Of a stretch of 64,000 bases of DNA, positions 1 through 9,618 are shown in pieces. Below the pieces are notes generated by a model, which did not search any database, was not told the origin of the DNA, and saw nothing but the letters and a program-made list of their open reading frames with translations. The position numbers and the translations under genes were made by a program. This DNA comes from Patescibacteria group bacterium (lineage in GTDB: Bacteria > Patescibacteriota > Microgenomatia > UBA8517): positions 162,902 through 226,901 of the forward strand of contig JBGSJG010000008.1 of the NCBI GenBank assembly GCA_041742135.1. The letters are read 5' to 3'. The first letter of the stretch is position 1, and every line of letters starts with the position of its first letter.

Positions 1-489
1 ACTCATGAAGAAAGTGTTCATTTGGTTAATTGGCCGCAGGCTGATGTTAATTCGATAAACAAAGATCTGGAGGAAAAAATGCAATTGGTCCGTGAAATTG
101 TCGAAAAAGCTCACGCTATTCGAAAAGGCAAGCAAATTAAAGTCCGTCAGCCACTTTTGAAAGTTGTTGTAAAAAACAGTTCAAACTTAGAGGCTTTTTA
201 CGAGCTTTTGAAAGATGAACTAAATGTTAAAGGGGTCGATGAAATTCAAGGTAAAGGTGAGCTTGAAGTAGACCTTGTACTTGAGATCACGCCTGATCTT
301 AAAGCAGAAGGTGAAGCTCGAGAGATAGTCCGCCAAATTCAAGACGAAAGAAAGAAGTTGGGAACAAGGCTTGATCAGCAAATTGCAGTGAGTTTGCCTT
401 CTTGGCCAGCCGAGCACGAGGAATACATCAAATCAAAAGCCATAGTTTCTGATTTATCGACAGGAGAATTTAAAGTCACGCCTCAGTAA
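1..489 (+). CDS. ileS: Isoleucyl-tRNA synthetase, C-terminal fragment (5' end outside window)
   Basis: The reading frame is open from base 1 (THEESVHLVNWPQ...). The KVRQPLLKV motif and the C-terminal anticodon-binding region are typical of IleRS (eukaryote-like type-2 flavour). Confidence 0.6.
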   Translation, partial: THEESVHLVNWPQADVNSINKDLEEKMQLVREIVEKAHAIRKGKQIKVRQPLLKVVVKNSSNLEAFYELLKDELNVKGVDEIQGKGELEVDLVLEITPDLKAEGEAREIVRQIQDERKKLGTRLDQQIAVSLPSWPAEHEEYIKSKAIVSDLSTGEFKVTPQ

Positions 490-1553
490 TGCTTAGGAAC
501 AACTTTTTCTCGGTTTACAAAAATGAGCCGGGGTTGATAGTGGGCTCGATTGGACTCATGGTGATTGGCATTATGACGCTTCGAGCTATCGCGCCTGTTC
601 TTTTTCCTTCTTATTTTGTTTATATTGTTGCTGGAGTTGCGGCTTTCATTTTTTTCTCAAAGATAGACTTTGATATTTTGGGGCTGTTTTGGAAGCATTT
701 CTACATACTTAGCATCGTTTTTTTAATACTGCCTTTGATTATCGGAGAAGTGACTCGCGGAGCTACGCGCTGGATTCAAATTGGCACGATTACTATTCAG
801 CCAACGGAACTTATTAGGCCATTTTTAGTTATATTTTTTGCACATTTTTTGATTAGCCGCGAACTAACTCGTAAAAACTTGATCATAGCTTCAGCGCTTC
901 TGTTTCTCCCAGTGCTTCTGATACTTCTTCAGCCGTCCTTGGGGGTGACAGTTTTGACAATTGCCGGTTTTATTGGCGTTAGCCTCACTCTAAGGTACAA
1001 CAAGCGAATACTGCTTTTTTTGGGTTTGGCAGGTGTGGCACTAAGCCCTTTGTTTTGGTTTATTTTAGCGCCGTATCAAAAAGCGCGCGTGCTTTCGTTG
1101 GTGTCTCCTGTAAGCGATCCAAGCGGGGCTGGGTATAACAGCATCCAGTCAATGATTGCGGTCGGGTCGGGAAAACTGTTTGGTCGGGGGCTCGGGGAGG
1201 GTGTGCAAACTCAGTTATCCTTTTTACCAGAGCGCCATTCTGATTTTATTTTTGCGAGCGTCGCCGAGGAGATGGGGCTTGTGGGAGCAGCGCTTGTAGT
1301 TGTTTTGACGTTTTTCGTTTTGTATAGAATCATCGTGATTTTGGAAAATGCCAAAAATCCCGAAGCTCGTGCATTTGCGGCGGGTATTTTTACTGCGCTT
1401 TTTTTACAAGTTGTTACTCATATTGGTATGAACATGGGGCTACTGCCAATTACCGGCCAACCCTTACCGCTCGTTAGTGCAGGGGGAAGCTCTCTCGTGG
1501 CCACCCTCGCAACCCTCGGAATGCTTATCCAGGTGAAGAAAACTGGGGATTAG
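489..1553 (+). CDS. SEDS family peptidoglycan glycosyltransferase (RodA/FtsW)
   Basis: Multi-TM protein with the SEDS signature region GAGYNSIQSMIAVGSGKLFGRGLGEGVQTQLSFLPERHSDFIFASVAEEMG. Confidence 0.8.
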   Translation: MLRNNFFSVYKNEPGLIVGSIGLMVIGIMTLRAIAPVLFPSYFVYIVAGVAAFIFFSKIDFDILGLFWKHFYILSIVFLILPLIIGEVTRGATRWIQIGTITIQPTELIRPFLVIFFAHFLISRELTRKNLIIASALLFLPVLLILLQPSLGVTVLTIAGFIGVSLTLRYNKRILLFLGLAGVALSPLFWFILAPYQKARVLSLVSPVSDPSGAGYNSIQSMIAVGSGKLFGRGLGEGVQTQLSFLPERHSDFIFASVAEEMGLVGAALVVVLTFFVLYRIIVILENAKNPEARAFAAGIFTALFLQVVTHIGMNMGLLPITGQPLPLVSAGGSSLVATLATLGMLIQVKKTGD

Positions 1554-2482
1554 GCAGCTATTGCCACATTATCTACGTCGAAAGTAATATCAGCCTCCAT
1601 GAACGCTTGGCGCTGCGTTGCGATATGTAGATTTAACTCTTGAAGATTATTAACTTCAGCAAACAAATCAATTAGCACTCTATCAATTCCCTGCCCAGAG
1701 TTTAAGGGATCTGAAACTGCTGAGGAAATTAAATGTATACCTTCTGGAAGGTCAACTTCGCCTCCGCGTGTTCTCCTCGCTAAAGATTCCATCTGCGCTT
1801 GCTCTACCTGACACAAATGCTCCGGATTTGCCAGTCTGAGTTCAGACATAATTGCAAGGGTTTCTTCTTGGAAAAGCCATTCTGATTGTTCAAGTGAAAG
1901 TCTGTCTTCCTCGTTCTTCTCGCCACGCTCAAATCTTGCTCTAGCCTCTGTCAGTCTTTGGAAGTGCGATTTGTGATATGGATTTAAAAAGACTTGAGTT
2001 GCTTCTGCTTGTTTTGCAGCAGATGTCGCAAAATTAGCTGCATTTGCTCGATTAGCTTCAGACCCATACAAAAACGCATTTTTTTTGTCGAGTGGAGTAT
2101 TTTCATGCTGGAACTCATGCACAAGCACTCCAAAGAGAACTATTGGTTTTAGGTTCTCTTTGTGTTTGTAAATATCAAGAGTCCCTTCATCCTCTCCTCT
2201 ATAAGTAAATGAACCTAATACATCCTTTGTCTCACGAGTATTCGATGAACTTCGAAGCCGGCTAATATTGTCAACGGGAAAACCTAGCTGAGCAGCACGA
2301 TCCTTTATCCACCCAGAATTACGCCCAAAGCCAACAACTTCGACGTTTTCATCTAAGTGCCTCCTCCGCTCAGCTTGCCCTTCAGCGCGCTTGCGCGAGA
2401 CAGCAAGGTCTTCGATGTACCTAGTACCATTTGTCCGTTCAGACATCGAGGTATTATAGCAAAAACTTGTATTTGCCGCCAT
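1550..2482 (-). CDS. Hypothetical cytosolic protein with HExxH (HEFQH) motif, possible zincin-like metallopeptidase
   Basis: 310-aa ORF with a hydrophobic stretch followed by VLVHEFQHE. No signal peptide. Tightly packed between the SEDS gene and rplU. Confidence 0.5.
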   Translation of the reverse strand: MAANTSFCYNTSMSERTNGTRYIEDLAVSRKRAEGQAERRRHLDENVEVVGFGRNSGWIKDRAAQLGFPVDNISRLRSSSNTRETKDVLGSFTYRGEDEGTLDIYKHKENLKPIVLFGVLVHEFQHENTPLDKKNAFLYGSEANRANAANFATSAAKQAEATQVFLNPYHKSHFQRLTEARARFERGEKNEEDRLSLEQSEWLFQEETLAIMSELRLANPEHLCQVEQAQMESLARRTRGGEVDLPEGIHLISSAVSDPLNSGQGIDRVLIDLFAEVNNLQELNLHIATQRQAFMEADITFDVDNVAIAA

Positions 2483-2502
2483 TTCCGGCTAAAATACACT
2501 TC

Positions 2503-2805
2503 ATGAACTACGCAGTTATTCGTATCAACAAGGCACAGTATAAAGTAACCGAGGGCGAGGAAATTTTGGTGGACAAACTTCCAGAAGATGACAAGCTTGA
2601 AGCTGAAGTTCTTCTTGTTCGAACTGATTCAGAAACTAAAGTCGGTGATCCTGTTGTTGCCGGTGCTAAAGTTACACTCAAGAGGCTTACTGAAGAAAAA
2701 GGTGTGAAAATTCACGTTTTTAAGTACAAATCTAAGTCTCGCTACAGAAAGAAAATTGGTTCAAGAGCGAAATTTACGAAGCTTCTAGTAGAAAAGATTA
2801 AATAG
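2503..2805 (+). CDS. rplU: 50S ribosomal protein L21
   Basis: MNYAVIRINKAQYKVTEGEEI... matches the L21 N-terminus. The ORF-track start at 2431 adds a spurious 24-aa extension; the ATG at 2503 is the likely start. Confidence 0.85.
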   Translation: MNYAVIRINKAQYKVTEGEEILVDKLPEDDKLEAEVLLVRTDSETKVGDPVVAGAKVTLKRLTEEKGVKIHVFKYKSKSRYRKKIGSRAKFTKLLVEKIK

Positions 2806-2834
2806 TCTACATCAATATATATAGAAGTGATCTC

Positions 2835-2863
2835 TTGACATGTGTGAAAACTTTATCTAAACT
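2835..2863 (+). promoter_or_regulatory. Candidate sigma70-like promoter for rpmA (-35 TTGACA, 17-nt spacer, -10 TAAACT)
   Basis: TTGACA at 2835-2840 and TAAACT at 2858-2863. The ATG at 2870 implies a near-leaderless transcript. Confidence 0.3.
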
Positions 2864-2869
2864 TTAAAT

Positions 2870-3118
2870 ATGTCTCATCATAAAGCAGGTGGTAGTAAAG
2901 CCAGCCAACATATTAGCCCAAAAGGTAAGCGTCTTGGCGTAAAGCTTTCCGATGGTCAGCCTGTTAAGCCGGGAATGATTTTAGTTCGTCAACTAGGCAC
3001 AGTTTACAAAGCTGGCAAAGGCGTCGGAGTCGGCCGTGATCATTCGCTTTTTGCTCTTTTGGAAGGGAAAGTTAAATTTGAAAGTTCGTTGGGCAAGAAA
3101 ACAATTACGATAGTTTAA
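2870..3118 (+). CDS. rpmA: 50S ribosomal protein L27
   Basis: [25 protein letters not shown]... is the classic L27 N-terminus. Confidence 0.9.
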   Translation: MSHHKAGGSKASQHISPKGKRLGVKLSDGQPVKPGMILVRQLGTVYKAGKGVGVGRDHSLFALLEGKVKFESSLGKKTITIV

Positions 3119-3119
3119 T

Positions 3120-3965
3120 ATGGCCGAAGAGATTATTCAGATCCCAGTAGAGGAACTCCAACCAAATCCTCTACAGCCTCGAGGTGTTATTACCCCAGAA
3201 AGTTTGGTCGACTTAGTAGATTCTATCAAAGAGCATGGAATTTTGGAGCCTTTAGTTGTTGCCAAAACTCCGGCGGGTTTTCAAATTATCGCAGGCGAAA
3301 GGCGATGGCGCGCTTCAAAGCTCGCTGGGCTTACACATGTTCCTGTAGTTGTCCGAGAAACAAGTCCTAAGGGCATGCTTGAGATGGCTTTGGTTGAAAA
3401 TGTTCAGAGAGTTGATCTTAATGCGCTTGACCGTGCCAAGGGATTTGAACGCCTTATGAATGAATTTAGCTTAACAACAAGCGAAATTGCCGCAAGAATC
3501 GGAAAATCTGTAGCTTATGTATCAAATTCCATGCGTCTCCTGGCTCTTCCAGACGCCCTTAAAGATGGTCTCTTGTCTCAGTTGATATCCGAAGGCCATG
3601 CTAGGGCCCTCGCGTCAATTGATGACCAGTCTTTGGTAATTGAAGCTTATAAAATAATTCTTCGTGAAAATGGATCAGTACGGCGAGCCGAGGATTTGGC
3701 TCGTAGAATGCGTGCAAAAGCAGGGGAGGGACCAAAGCCCAAGTCTCAACAGCGCCATATGCATATGATTTCTGAGGAAATCGACAATATGCAGGCAGCA
3801 CTTTTGAATTCGCTGGCGGGGGACAACGATGCTGTGAAAACTCAAGTGAAACTAATGCGCTCAAGAAGCCAGACCAAAATTACATTTGTCTTTAAAGGAA
3901 CCCCAGAAGAAACAGAAGAAAGACTTCAAAGAATATACCACGGAGTTGTTCCTTCTCAAGGCTAA
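3120..3965 (+). CDS. parB: ParB/Spo0J chromosome partitioning protein (no adjacent parA)
   Basis: ParB N-terminal domain with the GERRWRAS box II motif and an HTH region. Confidence 0.8.
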   Translation: MAEEIIQIPVEELQPNPLQPRGVITPESLVDLVDSIKEHGILEPLVVAKTPAGFQIIAGERRWRASKLAGLTHVPVVVRETSPKGMLEMALVENVQRVDLNALDRAKGFERLMNEFSLTTSEIAARIGKSVAYVSNSMRLLALPDALKDGLLSQLISEGHARALASIDDQSLVIEAYKIILRENGSVRRAEDLARRMRAKAGEGPKPKSQQRHMHMISEEIDNMQAALLNSLAGDNDAVKTQVKLMRSRSQTKITFVFKGTPEETEERLQRIYHGVVPSQG

Positions 3966-3977
3966 GCCTTAATTTTT

Positions 3978-4538
3978 TTAGAAGAAATAAACAGGAGACT
4001 TCACTGTTCCAGCTTCAGTTACAGGCCAATAAACAAGCCATGCGCGGCCGGTGATGTATTGCCTTTCAACCGTACCAATGCTTCGAGAATCAAGAGAATG
4101 ATCTCGATTATCGCCAAGGACAAAGTATGAATCTTCAGGGACTTTGACAACTTCGCCCTCTGGGGTAAAGCGCCCCGCCATTATGTAAGTGTCGCTAGGC
4201 AAATACTTTTCTTCGAGAGCTCGCCCGTTGACGTAAACTTTTCCACCTTCCACTTTAATTTCTTCGCCTGGGAGGCCGATTATTCGTTTGATGAATTCAT
4301 CACTATAGCTGGGAGGCGCCCTAAAAACCACAACATCCCCACGCTTAGGCTCTCCAAGGCGATAGCTTACTTTATCGGTAAGTAAATACTCGCCATCATG
4401 AAAATTTGGCTCCATCGAGGCACCCTTTATTTTGTGTGGTTGGAGAATTAAAAGATATACGAACAAGAAAATCGAGATCGCAAAAACGACAACCTGAAGA
4501 AGCTCGAGGACAAATGATGTTAATTTTTGCATACTCAA
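3978..4538 (-). CDS. lepB: Signal peptidase I
   Basis: N-terminal TM, GDVVVFRAP, KRIIGLPGEEI, VLGDNRDHSLDSRSIG catalytic boxes. Confidence 0.85.
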   Translation of the reverse strand: MSMQKLTSFVLELLQVVVFAISIFLFVYLLILQPHKIKGASMEPNFHDGEYLLTDKVSYRLGEPKRGDVVVFRAPPSYSDEFIKRIIGLPGEEIKVEGGKVYVNGRALEEKYLPSDTYIMAGRFTPEGEVVKVPEDSYFVLGDNRDHSLDSRSIGTVERQYITGRAWLVYWPVTEAGTVKSPVYFF

Positions 4539-4578
4539 ACATTATAGTATTCTAGGCCCTGCCTCTCAAGCCCGGCTT

Positions 4579-4587
4579 TGGTATAAT
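4579..4587 (+). promoter_or_regulatory. Extended -10 promoter element (TGgTATAAT) upstream of tRNA-Val
   Basis: The sequence ctttggtataatagg ends about 10 nt before the tRNA 5' end. The -35 is weak. Confidence 0.4.
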
Positions 4588-4596
4588 AGGCGTAAG

Positions 4597-4669
4597 GTCG
4601 ATTAGCTCAGTTGGTTAGAGCGTTGCATTCACATTGCAAAGGCCGAAGGTTCGAGTCCTTCATCGACCA
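4597..4669 (+). tRNA. tRNA-Val (anticodon CAC)
   Basis: Cloverleaf read by hand: acceptor GGTCGAT/ATCGACC, anticodon stem TTGCA/TGCAA with loop TTCACAT, T-arm GAAGG-TTCGAGT-CCTTC. No encoded CCA. Confidence 0.8.
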
Positions 4670-4697
4670 CACTCGAAGCATTTGATATTATTGTCCA

Positions 4698-5918
4698 GTG
4701 GGATACTTCAAAACTGCAGTCTACGGCGTAAGTTGGGTAGGGGCTTTTCGAATGTCGACACGGGGCATTGCGTTTGTGCGCACTTTGATCTTGGCTCGCA
4801 TACTTAGTCCAACTGATTTCGGAATTTTTGGCATTGCTTCGCTAGTAATAGTTTTTTTGGAAATATTAACCGAAACGGGGATTAACGTCTTCTTGATTCA
4901 GCGCAAAGAACCAATAGACAAATACTTGGGAACAGCCTGGATTGTGTCAATCGCTCGCGGTATCGCGATATTTTTAGTGATTCTTGCATTAGCATCGCCC
5001 GTTTCAGTGTTTTTTAATTCACCCCAGAGCAAAAACGCCATAGAGCTCATAAGCTTGGTCGCACTGATTCGGGGCTTCATAAATCCCGCAATTGTGAACT
5101 TTCAGAAAGATCTCCGTTTTTCAAGCGAGTTTTGGTTTAAGTTTGTTGTTTTTATGTTTGATTCTACTGTCGCCGTAGCTTTGGCTGTCCATCTTGGATC
5201 TGCAATCGGAATTGTTTGGGGTTTAGTCGCCGGAGCAGTGCTTGAACTCGTGATGTCATATTTATTTGTCCGCCCATGGCCAAGACTGGCGTTTGCCAAA
5301 AGCCAACTGCGAGAAATAGTTTCAAAAGGTAAATGGCTTACGGGAGCTGGAATTTTTCAATTTCTTTTTAGGCAAGGCGACGATGCTGTGGTGGGGAAGA
5401 TGCTCGGAGAAGGCTCGCTCGGCATTTACCAGGTAGCATACAAAATCGCGACGCTTCCAATCTCTGAGGTAACTGATGTTGTAGGCAGAGTCACATTACC
5501 CGTATATGTAAAGATTTCTGGCGATACAGTGAGGCTTAGGAAAGCATTTTTCAAGAGCACAGCGGTTATTTCGCTACTCGCACTTGCCTTAGGTACAATT
5601 TTACTGATTTTTGGTGAATTTATTGTCAATGTATTTTTGGGGCCTTCTTGGGTAGAAATTGTTCCTCTGATTAAAATTCTGGTAGTTTTTGGTGTAATTC
5701 AAGCAATTACAAATTCTTTCAACTCTTTAATGTTGGCGCAGGGGAAGCAAAAGTTTGTAAGTGCGGTGACACTGCTTAACATTTTTGGTTTGGCGATCTC
5801 AATAATTCCATTGACTCAAAACTTCGGATTACAAGGTGCTGCTCTTTCTCCCTTGGTGGGTAGTGTATTAGGCTTGCCTGTTGCCGTATATTTAACCAAC
5901 AAATGCTTACGAGCGTAA
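4698..5918 (+). CDS. Polysaccharide biosynthesis protein / oligosaccharide flippase (MOP/Wzx-like)
   Basis: A 406-aa polytopic membrane protein of Wzx-like architecture, immediately upstream of a GT2 and a ligase-like gene. Confidence 0.6.
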   Translation: MGYFKTAVYGVSWVGAFRMSTRGIAFVRTLILARILSPTDFGIFGIASLVIVFLEILTETGINVFLIQRKEPIDKYLGTAWIVSIARGIAIFLVILALASPVSVFFNSPQSKNAIELISLVALIRGFINPAIVNFQKDLRFSSEFWFKFVVFMFDSTVAVALAVHLGSAIGIVWGLVAGAVLELVMSYLFVRPWPRLAFAKSQLREIVSKGKWLTGAGIFQFLFRQGDDAVVGKMLGEGSLGIYQVAYKIATLPISEVTDVVGRVTLPVYVKISGDTVRLRKAFFKSTAVISLLALALGTILLIFGEFIVNVFLGPSWVEIVPLIKILVVFGVIQAITNSFNSLMLAQGKQKFVSAVTLLNIFGLAISIIPLTQNFGLQGAALSPLVGSVLGLPVAVYLTNKCLRA

Positions 5919-6658
5919 TAATAGCCAAAAACGAAGAAGCCACTATAGCCAAAAGGCTGAAAGAGCTTTCTTTTTGTGATGAAAAAATTGTAATAGACGA
6001 TTATTCAAGTGACAAGACGATCGAGATTGCAAAACAAAACGCTGCAAAGGTGTACAAAAGACATTTAAATGGAGATTTTTCCGCTCAGAGAAACTTTGCG
6101 CTTACTCGGGCAAAAGGGGATTGGGTACTTTTTGTCGACGCTGACGAGTCGGTGAATTCGTCGCTTCGGGCAGAAATTAAAACGGCAGTAGAAAGCAAAT
6201 CGTGTGATGGCTATTATTTAAGACGTCAAGATAGTTTTGTGGGCCGCAATCTTACGGCGGGAGATTGGGGAGAGAAGAAACTGTTGAGACTTGCCAGAAA
6301 AAATGCTGGTACTTGGAGGCGAGCGGTGCACGAAGGGTGGGAGGTAAGCGGAAAAATAGGAACGCTTACTGCCCCACTACTCCACTCCCCTTTCGAAAAC
6401 TTACATGATTTTTTTAATAAAATAAGTTTTTACTTTCCCATCCACGCCATAAGTAACGCTCAGGAAGGCAAAAATGCGAATTTTTTTAAAATTATTTTTA
6501 TGCCTTTTGCTAAGTTTGTTTGGGTTTTTGTGATTAAAAGGGGATTAACAGACGGCACTCACGGGTTTGTGTATGCTACAGGAATGTCATTTCACTCGTT
6601 TTTGGCTTGGAGTAGTTTATGGCTAGAATCACGAAATCAAAAATCCAGGACGCGCTAA
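5903..6658 (+). CDS. Family 2 glycosyltransferase
   Basis: VIIAKNEE...IVIDDYSSDKT...FVDADE matches the GT2 DxD-type N-terminal fold. Confidence 0.75.
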   Translation: MLTSVIIAKNEEATIAKRLKELSFCDEKIVIDDYSSDKTIEIAKQNAAKVYKRHLNGDFSAQRNFALTRAKGDWVLFVDADESVNSSLRAEIKTAVESKSCDGYYLRRQDSFVGRNLTAGDWGEKKLLRLARKNAGTWRRAVHEGWEVSGKIGTLTAPLLHSPFENLHDFFNKISFYFPIHAISNAQEGKNANFFKIIFMPFAKFVWVFVIKRGLTDGTHGFVYATGMSFHSFLAWSSLWLESRNQKSRTR

Positions 6659-7764
6659 CGCTATTAACTTTGGCAATTTTCCCACTAGGCCAATTGCCAG
6701 GGGTATTAATGCAAAACATTCTTGCGACCGGCTTTCGTATCCACTTGCTTGACGTTTTAGCACTCTCACTTTTGATTTCATATCTTGACCGTAATTCCTT
6801 GGTTAAGCTTAAAAAAATGCTGCTGCCAACTGTCGCAGTCCTTGTGTTCTCGTCACTATTGTCACTTGCGACTGGGTTTTTTGGCTTTGAAGGGATGATG
6901 TATTTAGTTAGGCTCTTGGTTTATCTGAGTTTGTTTGTGGTTTTTCCAAAACGTAATTTAGCCACACCCCTACTTCTGACTAGTATTGTCCTGGCCTGTT
7001 TTGGATGGCTTCAGTACTTTGTTTTTGCCGATCTTACGGCGCTTAAGTATTTTGGCTGGGATGATCATTATTTCAGAATGGTCTCGACATTTTTGGACCC
7101 AGCATTCTTCGGAGTTCTAATGGTTTTGTTTACACTTCTTTCAATTGAGCGCTTTATAAAAACTCGAAGTGCAGTGTTTGTAGCAACTTCATTATTTCTG
7201 TTAACCACACTGGCTTTTACTTACTCTAGGGCAAGCTTCCTAGCTTTTGCACTTGGAGTAATAATTTTACTCTGGCGTAGGCAAAAATTACTCATACTGG
7301 GTTTTATAGCGTTTTTAGTTTTAATAGTAAACCTGCTCCCAGTGAGCCCCGGCGGGGAAGGAGTTAATTTAGCCCGAACTAATTCGATTTACCAAAAAAT
7401 TGATAACTACCGCGAAAGCGCGCAAATAATCGGACTTTCTCCTGTTTTTGGTGTGGGCTTTAACAACGTCTGTACAGCAAAAAATGAGCGTGGTTTTGTG
7501 TCAGGTGTCAATTCGTGCCACGGATTGGATAATAGTGTTTTGTTTACTCTGGCAACAACTGGAGTTGTCGGTTTGGCAATCATATCGCTTTTCATCGCGA
7601 AAACTATGAAAAGTGCAATTTTAGCTTCTAGTCGAGGCTTAATAACATCATCGATGTCTGCAGTTTTACTACATTCCATGTTTTCTAACACCGCCTATTA
7701 TCCCTGGGTATTGTTTTATTTAGTAATATTACTTAGCTCAGAAGAGTTTATTGAGCGTAAGTGA
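6619..7764 (+). CDS. O-antigen ligase/polymerase-like membrane protein (Wzy/WaaL family)
   Basis: About 10 TM helices with a TYSRASFLAFALG block typical of O-antigen ligase family loops. Confidence 0.55.
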   Translation: MARITKSKIQDALTLLTLAIFPLGQLPGVLMQNILATGFRIHLLDVLALSLLISYLDRNSLVKLKKMLLPTVAVLVFSSLLSLATGFFGFEGMMYLVRLLVYLSLFVVFPKRNLATPLLLTSIVLACFGWLQYFVFADLTALKYFGWDDHYFRMVSTFLDPAFFGVLMVLFTLLSIERFIKTRSAVFVATSLFLLTTLAFTYSRASFLAFALGVIILLWRRQKLLILGFIAFLVLIVNLLPVSPGGEGVNLARTNSIYQKIDNYRESAQIIGLSPVFGVGFNNVCTAKNERGFVSGVNSCHGLDNSVLFTLATTGVVGLAIISLFIAKTMKSAILASSRGLITSSMSAVLLHSMFSNTAYYPWVLFYLVILLSSEEFIERK

Positions 7765-8467
7765 GCTTAAGTTCCAGCTCGGTTTTGTTCCCCGCCTCGT
7801 CAGTTGCCACAATTTTAAATATATTTTCTCCACCTTGAAGTGTTACGGGGAAGTTAAACTTGCCGTCGCTTCTGACGATCGCGATTCTGTCGTTTATTGT
7901 TACACGAGCATGTTGCTCGGATTGACCTTCGATTTGGATGTTTTTTTGATTTTGGCCAAATAAGCTTTTTCCGTTTTCTGGGGAAATAAGCTCAAGCACA
8001 GGCTCGGTCTTGTCTAAAACCACAGTAAATTTATCAGTTTCGGTGCTTTTTTGGCCTCTGTTGTCTTCAACTTGAGCATAAAGTGAATTTTCTCCGAGGC
8101 TTAAGTCAAACACGCTTGTGAACTCGCCATTTGCATTTGCGAGTACTTCTGTTTTGTCGTTATTAAAGAAGATGATTACATTCTGGCCAGCCTTAGTAGT
8201 CCCAGTAACTTTGAGCTTGTCTTGGTTTGTGTTTTTAGGAAGGGTGTTAATTGCTGGCGGCGGTGGCGGAGGAGTATTTGCAGTGTAGTCAACTCCAGAG
8301 CGCGTGATGTTGCCAGTCAAGCTTGTGAGCTTTGAAAGCGCGGGCACGCCAAAAATAGCCAATAAACCCACGGCAGCCACAGTCAGCACTATATAAAAAG
8401 CAGTTGACTTTACTGCTCGCCGTTCTTCAAGACGTTTTAGCCTGGATGGACGTGTGTTGTATGCCAT
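7748..8467 (-). CDS. Membrane-anchored surface protein with Pro-rich linker and Ig-like beta domains
   Basis: N-terminal TM, a PPPPPP linker and beta-rich repeats. No family assignment possible by eye. Confidence 0.45.
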   Translation of the reverse strand: MAYNTRPSRLKRLEERRAVKSTAFYIVLTVAAVGLLAIFGVPALSKLTSLTGNITRSGVDYTANTPPPPPPAINTLPKNTNQDKLKVTGTTKAGQNVIIFFNNDKTEVLANANGEFTSVFDLSLGENSLYAQVEDNRGQKSTETDKFTVVLDKTEPVLELISPENGKSLFGQNQKNIQIEGQSEQHARVTINDRIAIVRSDGKFNFPVTLQGGENIFKIVATDEAGNKTELELKLTYAQ

Positions 8468-8473
8468 ATGATG

Positions 8474-8546
8474 AGCCTACGGTCGGATTCGAACCGACGA
8501 CCCACGGTTTACGATACCGTTGCTCTACCAACTGAGCTACGTAGGC
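8474..8546 (-). tRNA. tRNA-Thr (anticodon CGU)
   Basis: The reverse complement folds as GCCTACG...CGTAGGC with anticodon loop ATCGTAA. Confidence 0.8.
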
Positions 8547-8579
8547 AATCTGCCATGATTGTAGCACAGCCACAAATTG

Positions 8580-8650
8580 AGCGGGATACGGGAGTCGAAC
8601 CCGTCTCTCCACCTTGGGAAGGTGGCATTGAGCCGCTCAACTAATCCCGC
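8580..8650 (-). tRNA. tRNA-Gly (anticodon CCC)
   Basis: The reverse complement folds as GCGGGAT...ATCCCGC+U73 with anticodon loop TTCCCAA and T-arm ACGGG-TTCGACT-CCCGT. Confidence 0.75.
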
Positions 8651-8677
8651 CTAAGTAAGATATTATATCAAAACTAC

Positions 8678-9376
8678 TTACAAGGCTGGGATTGTCAGCA
8701 CGTTACCTGCGTGAATTACACGAGGATTAACCAATTCATTTGCACTAGCAATTTCAGTCCATTTAAAGCCGTCTCCGTAAGCTGCTTCTGCAATGTCCCA
8801 CAAATTATCTCCGTGGACCACTGTGTACTCACTTCCTGCTTGAATGCTTGTCGTTGCCTCACCTATAACTGCTTCAGGTTGAGCTGTAATTTCTGGCTCA
8901 ACTTGGGCAATTGGTGCTAAGGTAGCGATTGGGCTTGGGCTAGGAGTAACTGTAGGTTCCGGTGTGATAGTGACAGCAGGTGTAGCTTCGGGAGCTTCGG
9001 GAGTAGTATTAGCTTCGGCCAAAGTATCTGTTATTGAGCGTACTTCGACGTCAGGTATTACTAATTCTTGTCCCTCAGCAATGTCATTTGGATTATTTAT
9101 GCTGTTTGCGTCCCTGATGTCAACCCAGTTGTACCCTGAACCATAAACCTTTTCCGAGATGCTCCATAGAGAGTCACCTGCGGCAACAGTGTATGAATCT
9201 GGCCTTCCTGCTTCTTCAGTTTGAGCGCCAGAAGGGAACGTTTGTCCCTCATCAAGGTTTCTGAAGTAGTTAACGACCAAAAGACCAACAACGACTATAA
9301 CTAGAAAGCCTAGAATTGTGCTAATTGTTGATTCGTGTAGTTTTAAATTTTTAAGAAAATCTTTTATTGCACTCAC
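8678..9376 (-). CDS. LysM peptidoglycan-binding protein (two LysM domains, N-terminal TM anchor)
   Basis: Two LysM repeats: YTVAAGDSLWSISEKVYG...ELVIP and YTVVHGDNLWDIAEAAYG...NVLTIP. Confidence 0.8.
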   Translation of the reverse strand: MSAIKDFLKNLKLHESTISTILGFLVIVVVGLLVVNYFRNLDEGQTFPSGAQTEEAGRPDSYTVAAGDSLWSISEKVYGSGYNWVDIRDANSINNPNDIAEGQELVIPDVEVRSITDTLAEANTTPEAPEATPAVTITPEPTVTPSPSPIATLAPIAQVEPEITAQPEAVIGEATTSIQAGSEYTVVHGDNLWDIAEAAYGDGFKWTEIASANELVNPRVIHAGNVLTIPAL

Positions 9377-9618
9377 CCCCTCAAACGGGGCAGTTTAAGT
9401 TCACTGAATTTAACTCAATAGGAGTACAAAGTCAATAGACGTTTTACCGAGTTTATGGGAATATATTGACAGATCTTCGTGAAAACGTGTGTGAAAAGGT
9501 TTCCATCAGAATTTAAAATGTTAATCGACAGAAAAAGTTGACTGTCATAGACTATAGGACTGTTTAATGTTATACTGCCTAGCGAAAAAGTCGGTATTAT
9601 AGACCCTTTCGCATAAAT

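Noticed and set aside
2431-2502. N-terminal 24-aa extension of the L21 ORF
   Set aside because: The L21 homology begins at MNYAVIRINK (ATG at 2503). The extension would overlap the divergent upstream gene start.
8427-8612. 61-aa ORF overlapping tRNA-Thr/tRNA-Gly region
   Set aside because: It lies on top of two well-folded tRNA genes, so it is a spurious ORF.
9377-9395. Short GC hairpin CCCCTCAAACGGGG next to the LysM gene start
   Set aside because: It lies at the 5' side of the LysM gene and upstream of the GT2 gene. It has no T-tract and sits where no terminator is needed, so I did not call a terminator.
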